A stretch of DNA of 64,000 bases, taken from sequence record SRR22947725_1818; one strand, 5' to 3'. Made by a program: the position numbers and the translations under genes. The notes under the pieces are model-generated. The model was given only the letters and a program-made list of their open reading frames with translations, was not told the origin of the DNA and made no database searches. Of this stretch, positions 57,671-64,000 are shown in pieces (within the stretch, counting starts at the first letter, position 1; every line of letters starts with the position of its first letter).

Positions 57671-58414
57671 TCAGAGTCCCTTGGCGTGTCGCACGCCGTT
57701 CTCGAACAATCGGAGACCCAAACTGGAGGGTTCACCAGCACCCCGCGTCTTCACAGCAGCACTGCGGCCGTGGTGCGGATGTTGTCGCGCCACAATGTGA
57801 TTCTCAGGGTGCGGCATGAGGCCGAGCACCACGCCGCTCGAATCGCAGACGCCAGCGATGTCGGCAACTGAGCCGTTGGGATTGGTGCTGCGATATCGCA
57901 GCGCAACCTGCCCAGCAGCGGCGAGAGAATCAGGGTCGGGGTGCACGTAACGGCCCTCGCCATGGGCGATCGGGCAGTGGATCGGGTCCTCGATTCCCGA
58001 GGTCCACACCGACTTGCTCTTGACCTCGGTCTCCAACACGACCCACCGGCAGTCGAAACGGCCCTGCGCGTTGTGTCCGAGAGCGCCGGGCAACAACTTG
58101 GTCCGCGTCAGCACCTGAAAGCCGTTGCAGATGCCGATCAGTGGGCGCCCGCGGGCGACAAAGTCGCGTAGCTCATCGCCCAACCCCATCATCAAGTCGA
58201 GCGCCAGCATGCGACCAGCGCCCAACGAATCGGCGTGGCTGAATCCTCCGGCGACGACGGCCAGTCGGTAGTCGCCCAACAGTCGCGGTCGCTCGACCAA
58301 CTCGCTCGCCAACACGATCTTTGCGTCAGCGCCTGCTAACTCAAGCGCTTGGCGTACGTCACCATCACGGTTGGTGCCAGGCCCGGCGATGACGACGGCG
58401 GGAACCTTGCTCAT
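57671..58414 (-). CDS. purQ: FGAM synthase glutaminase subunit
   Basis: PGTNRD, GGFSHAD, GICNGFQ, AHGEG, NPNGS, MPHPE. Confidence 0.96.
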   Translation of the reverse strand: MSKVPAVVIAGPGTNRDGDVRQALELAGADAKIVLASELVERPRLLGDYRLAVVAGGFSHADSLGAGRMLALDLMMGLGDELRDFVARGRPLIGICNGFQVLTRTKLLPGALGHNAQGRFDCRWVVLETEVKSKSVWTSGIEDPIHCPIAHGEGRYVHPDPDSLAAAGQVALRYRSTNPNGSVADIAGVCDSSGVVLGLMPHPENHIVARQHPHHGRSAAVKTRGAGEPSSLGLRLFENGVRHAKGL

Positions 58415-61242
58415 GACGTTGCCTGCAGTCCGTTGTGGGTGGCGTAGGCCTCGTGGTTGAAGGCATCAGCGAGATCGGAGACCAAAATTGGTTCGACTCC
58501 GGGCAACGACAACATGCCGGACTCGCTGACCTCGCCGATTTCAAGACACTCGTCGTCCATGATCCGCTTGAACGCTGCCACGCTGCGCGGCTCGATCTCG
58601 ACGACCAAGCGACCCAGCGACTCGCTGAACAGCGACGTCGATAGATCGTCGTGCGGTAACACGTCGATGGTGGCGCCGAGGCGCCCGGCCAGGCACATCT
58701 CGCCGAGGGCGACGGCGAGTCCGCCTTCGCTCACGTCGTGGCAAGCCGCGACCAGTCCGGCCTGCATGGCGGCGTGCAGATGGCGATACCGATTGGGAGC
58801 ATCAGGGTCCGGGGCTGGAGCGGCGCCGGCCACCGGGGGAGCGCCCAGCACCTTGTCGAGGTGAGATCCGGCGAATTCGGAATCAGTCGACCCCAGGAGC
58901 ATCAGCACATTGCCGGCCTCGGCCAGGTCAGGGGTAACGCACCGATTGGCGTCAGGTACATGTGCGACCGCGGTGATGACGAGCGTCGGCGGCACGGCGT
59001 GACGCTCGCCGTCGTTGCCGATGTACTCATTGTTGAGGCTGTCTTTGCCCGATACGAACGGAGCGTTGTACATGTAGGCAGCAGCGCAACATCCCTCGAC
59101 CGCTGCGGCGAGCTCGCCCAGCGTGCTGGGACGACGCGGGTCACCCCACGAGAAGTTGTCGAGCAGTGCGACCATGTCGGGGTCAGCCCCGACGGCCACC
59201 ACGTTGCGAATTGCCTCATCAACAACGGCGTAGGCCATCGCCTCAGGGTCGTGGATGCCGTACCACGGGTTGACGCCGATGCCGATCGCGATGCCGTGCT
59301 CAGCCAGCGGTTCGGCCAGGACCACACCATCGGCAGGCCCATCACCAGCTGCGCCGATCAGCGGACGCACCACGGTTGACCCCAAGATTTCGTGGTCGTA
59401 GCGATGAATCGTGCCTGCCTTGCTCGCGATGTTGGGATGCGACATCAGCGCGATCAGCGCCGCTTTCGGATCGGCCACCGTTCGGCCGACCGACGGTGAT
59501 CGATCAGGCTCGGGCAAGACGGCGTTCATCCGTCGCTGTGGACGACCGTCGTGCAAAAACGCCGTGTCGATCTCGGCCACCGGCGTGCCGCCTGATCGGA
59601 CTGTCAGAACGCCATCACCGGTGAACGCGCCGATGTCGGCTACGCCAACACCCACGCGCTTGCAGCGATTGAGAATGGCACTCACGTTCCGCGATGGCAC
59701 CGAGATGACCATGCGCTCCTGCGCCTCGCTCAGCCAGACTTCCCAGGGCTCGAGGCCAGGGTATTTCCGCGGCACGAGATCCAGTTCCACGTCGGCGCCG
59801 ATGCCCTCCGCCATCTCGCCCACCGCTGAGGACAGACCTCCGGCTCCGCAGTCGGTGATCGACGAATACAAGTCCTCCGCACCGATCAATGCGTCGATCA
59901 GCAGCTTCTCGATGATCGGATCGCCGATCTGCACACTTGCGCCTGCGACCTCGCCAGTGCTTGCATCCATTGTCGCCGACGAGAACGTCGCACCTCGAAT
60001 GCCGTCGCGGCCGGTTGCGCCGCCGAGTACCAGCACCCGATCGCCGGCATGCGGTCCTTCATGGAGGGGCCGCGCCTTCGACGTACCGATGCAGCCGGCG
60101 AAAACCAGCGGATTGGTGGTGTATGTCGGGTCGTACAAGATTGCGCCGGCCACGGTGGGCAGCCCGATCTTGTTGCCATAGTCAGCAACACCGTCGATCA
60201 CGCCCTCGCGGATTCGGCGTGGATGCAGCGAGCCGTCCGGGAGGTCGCTCAGCGGCAGGTCGGCCGGCCCGAAACACAAGATGTCGGTAATCGCGATGGG
60301 CTTGTGTGCAATACCCAGCACGTCGCGAATCACGCCGCCGACACCGGTGTTGGCTCCACCGAATGGTTCGACTGCAGATGGATGATTGTGCGTCTCGGCT
60401 TTGAGCGCAATGGTGATGCCTTTGTGAAACTCGACGATGCCGGCATTGCCGACAAAGGCAGAACGCACGAACGGTGCATCGATGGTTTCGGTACAGAGCC
60501 GCAGTTGCTGCATCAGCGGCTCGATGACCTGCTCGCCCTCGGGCCCGCCCGTCGCGTCAATCGCGGCCCGGAAGGTTTTGTGCGCGCAGTGTTCGCTCCA
60601 GGTCTGGCCCAACGTCTCCAACTCGAGATCTGTGGGATCGCGATCCAATCCAGTGAAGTGATCACGAATGACGACCATCTCCTCCGGGTCGAGGTAGAGC
60701 GCCCGCTCGACGTTGATCTCGGCCAGTCGCGTCTCGTCGGCTCCGCGAATCGGAATGATCGCGGCCGTCGAACGAATATCTTCGCCGCCCGGGTGTGCGG
60801 GTTCGATCGTGCCCCACGCCCATCGTTCGATGATCGTGTTCGCCACAACGCGCTCGATGATGTCGTCGGCCACATCGTCAGCGAGGCCCTCGTCGAAGCG
60901 AATGCGTAGACCTGTCGCGGCTGCCTCGATGTCAATACCCAAGGTGCCGCAGGCATGCCGCACGGCATCGGCGCCGCTGTCGGTGACGCCGGGTTGCAGG
61001 GTGATCTCGACCGCATGGCTCGTCGGAAGCTCCCAGTTGCCACGCTGAAGCAGCGGGTCGACGAGCACACTGTGGAGCCGATCGAGTTGTGCCGAATCGA
61101 GGTCTCCGTCGACGAACACGATGTCGGCAATGGCGACCTCGCCGATGTTGCCGAAACCAAGATCACTCGCGCCTCGCTCGATTGCCGCGGCGCGCGGATC
61201 GGCCTCGATCGGATGGAGGGTGAGACGGTGCCTGGGGGCCAC
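58411..61242 (-). CDS. purL: FGAM synthase PurL with N-terminal PurS-like domains
   Basis: QTWSEHCAHK, ETHNHPS, DCGAGG, SEAQER, GKDSL, HDVSEGG; about 160-aa N-terminal extension with DP and PGVTD PurS-like motifs. Start is GTG 61242 (TACAGT 7 nt upstream) or ATG 61266. Confidence 0.93.
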   Translation of the reverse strand: MAPRHRLTLHPIEADPRAAAIERGASDLGFGNIGEVAIADIVFVDGDLDSAQLDRLHSVLVDPLLQRGNWELPTSHAVEITLQPGVTDSGADAVRHACGTLGIDIEAAATGLRIRFDEGLADDVADDIIERVVANTIIERWAWGTIEPAHPGGEDIRSTAAIIPIRGADETRLAEINVERALYLDPEEMVVIRDHFTGLDRDPTDLELETLGQTWSEHCAHKTFRAAIDATGGPEGEQVIEPLMQQLRLCTETIDAPFVRSAFVGNAGIVEFHKGITIALKAETHNHPSAVEPFGGANTGVGGVIRDVLGIAHKPIAITDILCFGPADLPLSDLPDGSLHPRRIREGVIDGVADYGNKIGLPTVAGAILYDPTYTTNPLVFAGCIGTSKARPLHEGPHAGDRVLVLGGATGRDGIRGATFSSATMDASTGEVAGASVQIGDPIIEKLLIDALIGAEDLYSSITDCGAGGLSSAVGEMAEGIGADVELDLVPRKYPGLEPWEVWLSEAQERMVISVPSRNVSAILNRCKRVGVGVADIGAFTGDGVLTVRSGGTPVAEIDTAFLHDGRPQRRMNAVLPEPDRSPSVGRTVADPKAALIALMSHPNIASKAGTIHRYDHEILGSTVVRPLIGAAGDGPADGVVLAEPLAEHGIAIGIGVNPWYGIHDPEAMAYAVVDEAIRNVVAVGADPDMVALLDNFSWGDPRRPSTLGELAAAVEGCCAAAYMYNAPFVSGKDSLNNEYIGNDGERHAVPPTLVITAVAHVPDANRCVTPDLAEAGNVLMLLGSTDSEFAGSHLDKVLGAPPVAGAAPAPDPDAPNRYRHLHAAMQAGLVAACHDVSEGGLAVALGEMCLAGRLGATIDVLPHDDLSTSLFSESLGRLVVEIEPRSVAAFKRIMDDECLEIGEVSESGMLSLPGVEPILVSDLADAFNHEAYATHNGLQATS

Positions 61243-61429
61243 CGGCGCGACTGTAGGGAACCCCATACGACACCAGTGAAATTTGTACAAAAGGTTTGCG
61301 GGCTCGATGCCGGCGAAGAACCTTCGCACGAGCAGCCAGTTGGCCCGACACTGTCGGGGCCAAGACGAATGAGCGACACGAAAATGAGCGGAGTGCGGCG
61401 TTGGGGTCGATCACTGCGATGATGGAGCG

Positions 61430-62131
61430 ATGGCAGACGGAGCGACACGGGTGGTGCTGATCAGGCACGGAGAGTCTCAGGTCACCGTCGACCGCGTCAT
61501 CGGCGGCCACCGCACATGCAGCGGCCTTTCCGACCTGGGACGACAGCAAGCAGCGCGTCTCCACGACCGACTCGCCAACACACACGAACTTGATGGTGCG
61601 GTGCTGATCAGCAGCAACTTCGACCGAGCGATCGAGACTGCCCAGGTCATTGGTCCCGCCATCGCAGGCGCGGACCTCCTGATCGACCACGGATTCGGTG
61701 AACACGATCCCGGACCGGAACTCGACGGCATGACATTCGCTGCCTATGTCGACCGGTTCGGATCCCCTGACTGGGGCGGCGACCCCCATCACGAGGTCTT
61801 CCCGGGCGGTGGCGAGACCATTGCCCGATTCCACCTGCGGGTCGGATCAACCCTGTCGAAAACGCTCGCGACGCACCCTGGGCGGACGATCGCAATCTCC
61901 TGCCATGGTGGTGTTGTCGATGCCATCTTCCGTCAACTCCTGCGCACAGCGCCCACCGGAGCGTTCGACCTCTGGACGTCGAACACGTCCCTGACCGAGT
62001 TCGTACCCTCGCAGCGCGCCGCCGAATCAGCGACCGACTCGAAGTGGCGCCTCGTCCGGTACAACGACGCCGCACATCTTGCAGGCCTCCCACCAGCCAC
62101 CAACCCTCCCGCTCAACGTCGCGACGACTGA
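61430..62131 (+). CDS. Histidine phosphatase family protein
   Basis: LIRHGES, LSDLGRQQA, RAIETA, HGGV, NTSLT, YNDAAHL. Confidence 0.92.
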   Translation: MADGATRVVLIRHGESQVTVDRVIGGHRTCSGLSDLGRQQAARLHDRLANTHELDGAVLISSNFDRAIETAQVIGPAIAGADLLIDHGFGEHDPGPELDGMTFAAYVDRFGSPDWGGDPHHEVFPGGGETIARFHLRVGSTLSKTLATHPGRTIAISCHGGVVDAIFRQLLRTAPTGAFDLWTSNTSLTEFVPSQRAAESATDSKWRLVRYNDAAHLAGLPPATNPPAQRRDD

Positions 62132-62152
62132 GCGTCGCTGGACCGGAACGTC

Positions 62153-63499
62153 ATGACCTCGCAGCGAACCGCTCGACACTGGATCGTCGTCGGTGCCGGT
62201 TCAGCCGGGTGCGTGCTCGCCAACCGACTGTCAGCGGACTCCGATTGTCGCGTGACGCTCCTCGACGATGGCCCCGACTTGCGGCAGGATGCGATTCCGG
62301 CAGCAGTTGATGGACCCAACTTTCTTGACGCCCTGAACGAGCCGGGCCGAACCCACGCTGATCTGCTCGCCAAGCGCACCACCGACGCTGAACCGAGTCC
62401 GTACCCGAGGGGACGCGGTTTGGGAGGATCGAGCGCAGTCAACGCCATGGTTGCCCTGCGCGGCAGCGAACAGCAATACCGCGACTGGGGATGGAGCGAC
62501 GCTCACCGCGCATGGGATCGGGTGCAGATTCCGGCCGAGGCGGCAGCCGACGCGGAACTCGGCGTCGTCGATCGAGCACTGCTTGCGGCGGCACCACGAA
62601 CCGAACGGGCGCTGCTGACCCGCCGGGCGGGCCGCCGGATCACATCGGCAGAGGCCTACCTCTGGCCGGTGCTCGACCGACCGAATCTTGTGGTGCGGCC
62701 GAACACAGCCGCCGATCGTCTTCGCATCTCAGGCCGCCGAGTCACGGGGGTGCACCTTGTCGACGGCACCTCGATCGACGCCGACCATGTCGTTGTCGCG
62801 GCCGGTGCAATCCACACACCTGCAATCCTGCTCCGCTCAGGGCTGGATACACCGGGCATTGGCCAGGGCCTCCAAGATCACCCGGCGGCTCCGCTGACGT
62901 TGTTGCTGCGCGATGGCGTCGACAACTGGCCGGGCGGCCTGGTCATCGGCACGCTCTTGCACCAGCACATCGGTGAAGATCTCGTGCAGCTCCTCCCGAT
63001 GAATCACATCGGTCGGGTGCCCGGCGCCGAACGTCTCGCACTGTTGATGCCGGCGCTGATGACTCCGTCAGGTGCCGAGGGCACCGTCACGATCGACCGT
63101 GAGGGTCAGCCGCTCGTCGACTTCGCACTCTTGAGTGATGCTGACGACCTTGCAGCACTCGGCGCAGCGGTCAGGCTTGCGCTGGATGTTCTGTCGCAAC
63201 CATCGTTCACGGACATCGTCGAAACGGTCTACATCGACGAGCATGGCACCACGGCGGACGCGCTGGTCGACGACACGACCCTCCAAACGTGGCTCCGCAG
63301 CCGGGCAGGCGACTACGTCCATGCATCGAGCAGCTGTGCAATGGGCGTCGTCGCCGATGATCACTTCAGCGTGGTGGGCTACGAGGGACTGTCGATCTGT
63401 GACGCGTCGGTCTTTCCTAACATCCCGGATGCAAACACGCACCTTCCGGTGACTATGGCCGCTGAACGCTTCTGTCTGCGTGAAACAATGTCGGCATGA
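62153..63499 (+). CDS. GMC family flavin oxidoreductase (possibly MftG-like)
   Basis: VVGAGSAGCVLANRLS, GRGLGGSSAVN, AGAIHTPAILLRSG, LQDHP, DASVFP..NTHL. Confidence 0.9.
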   Translation: MTSQRTARHWIVVGAGSAGCVLANRLSADSDCRVTLLDDGPDLRQDAIPAAVDGPNFLDALNEPGRTHADLLAKRTTDAEPSPYPRGRGLGGSSAVNAMVALRGSEQQYRDWGWSDAHRAWDRVQIPAEAAADAELGVVDRALLAAAPRTERALLTRRAGRRITSAEAYLWPVLDRPNLVVRPNTAADRLRISGRRVTGVHLVDGTSIDADHVVVAAGAIHTPAILLRSGLDTPGIGQGLQDHPAAPLTLLLRDGVDNWPGGLVIGTLLHQHIGEDLVQLLPMNHIGRVPGAERLALLMPALMTPSGAEGTVTIDREGQPLVDFALLSDADDLAALGAAVRLALDVLSQPSFTDIVETVYIDEHGTTADALVDDTTLQTWLRSRAGDYVHASSSCAMGVVADDHFSVVGYEGLSICDASVFPNIPDANTHLPVTMAAERFCLRETMSA

Positions 63500-64000
63500 C
63501 TTCGGACTTCAGTCTCGGCCTGCACGAACTCGGTGATCAGTGTTTCGCATATCTGCAGCCGGACGGCAGTTGGGGCTGGAGCAACGCCGGTCTCGTTGTC
63601 GGTGATGGCCAGTCGCTGCTTGTCGACACCCTCTTCGATCTCAATCTCACCCGTGCCATGCTCGACGCAATGGCCGCGCACACCGCTGCGGCGCCCGTGG
63701 ACTCGCTGGTCAATACCCACGCCAACGGTGACCACTGCTACGGCAATAGCGAGGTGCGCGTCCGATGGTCCGAGGTCGACATCGTGGCATCCGCCGCCTG
63801 TGCCGAAGAGATGCCGCACACGCCACCGTCGATGCTGCACGCGCTCAACCAGGCACCGGGCGAAGTCGGCGATCTGTTTCGCAGCTTCTTCGGCAAATTT
63901 GACTTTGACGGCATCGAACTTGAGCTGCCGACAACGACGTTCAGCGGCCGTCATGCCCTTGATGTGGGGGGACGCCGCGTCGATCTGATCGAGGTGGGCC
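63496..64000 (+). CDS. MBL-fold metallo-hydrolase (3' partial, absent from ORF track)
   Basis: ATG 63496 (ATGA overlap) gives MTSDFSLGLHELGDQCFAYLQPDGSWGWSNAG..LVDTL..VNTHANGDHCYGN, open to the window end. Confidence 0.9.
   Translation, partial: MTSDFSLGLHELGDQCFAYLQPDGSWGWSNAGLVVGDGQSLLVDTLFDLNLTRAMLDAMAAHTAAAPVDSLVNTHANGDHCYGNSEVRVRWSEVDIVASAACAEEMPHTPPSMLHALNQAPGEVGDLFRSFFGKFDFDGIELELPTTTFSGRHALDVGGRRVDLIEVG

Noticed and set aside
57720-57790. Short extra segment near the PurQ C-terminus as a second inserted element
   Set aside because: No inverted or direct repeat visible; compatible with an ordinary variable loop
61243-61429. ZMP/ZTP or purine riboswitch upstream of the pur operon
   Set aside because: I could not find the conserved cores by eye, and a -10 hexamer 7 nt before the GTG implies little or no leader; an Rfam scan would settle it

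Overview
GC-rich, densely coding bacterial chromosome segment. Gene content (UvrD2-HRDC, actinobacterial-type ObgE, GerMN/Gmad2 lipoprotein) and widespread leaderless gene starts point to an actinobacterium, probably Acidimicrobiia (inferred, not searched). From left to right it holds: repair and housekeeping genes (xth, uvrD2, galK, dgt, obgE, proB); a pspM-like/murJ/pspA cluster; an arylsulfatase remnant; two AAA+ modules; a frameshifted iodotyrosine-deiodinase homolog; a 17.5-kb LacI-regulated inositol/cyclitol catabolic cluster (oversized permease, two aldolases, a PhyH-type dioxygenase); a diiron protein plus reductase pair; and a purine operon with purS-purL and purD-purM fusions. The strongest hidden feature is 48068-48946. 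The ORF track splits it in two, but it reads as one PrdB/GrdB-family selenoprotein: an in-frame TGA in a U-x-x-C motif followed by a SECIS-like hairpin, with no PrdA/GrdA partner nearby. I saw no rRNA, tRNA, CRISPR array or transposase. All family calls come from motif recognition by eye, not database searches.
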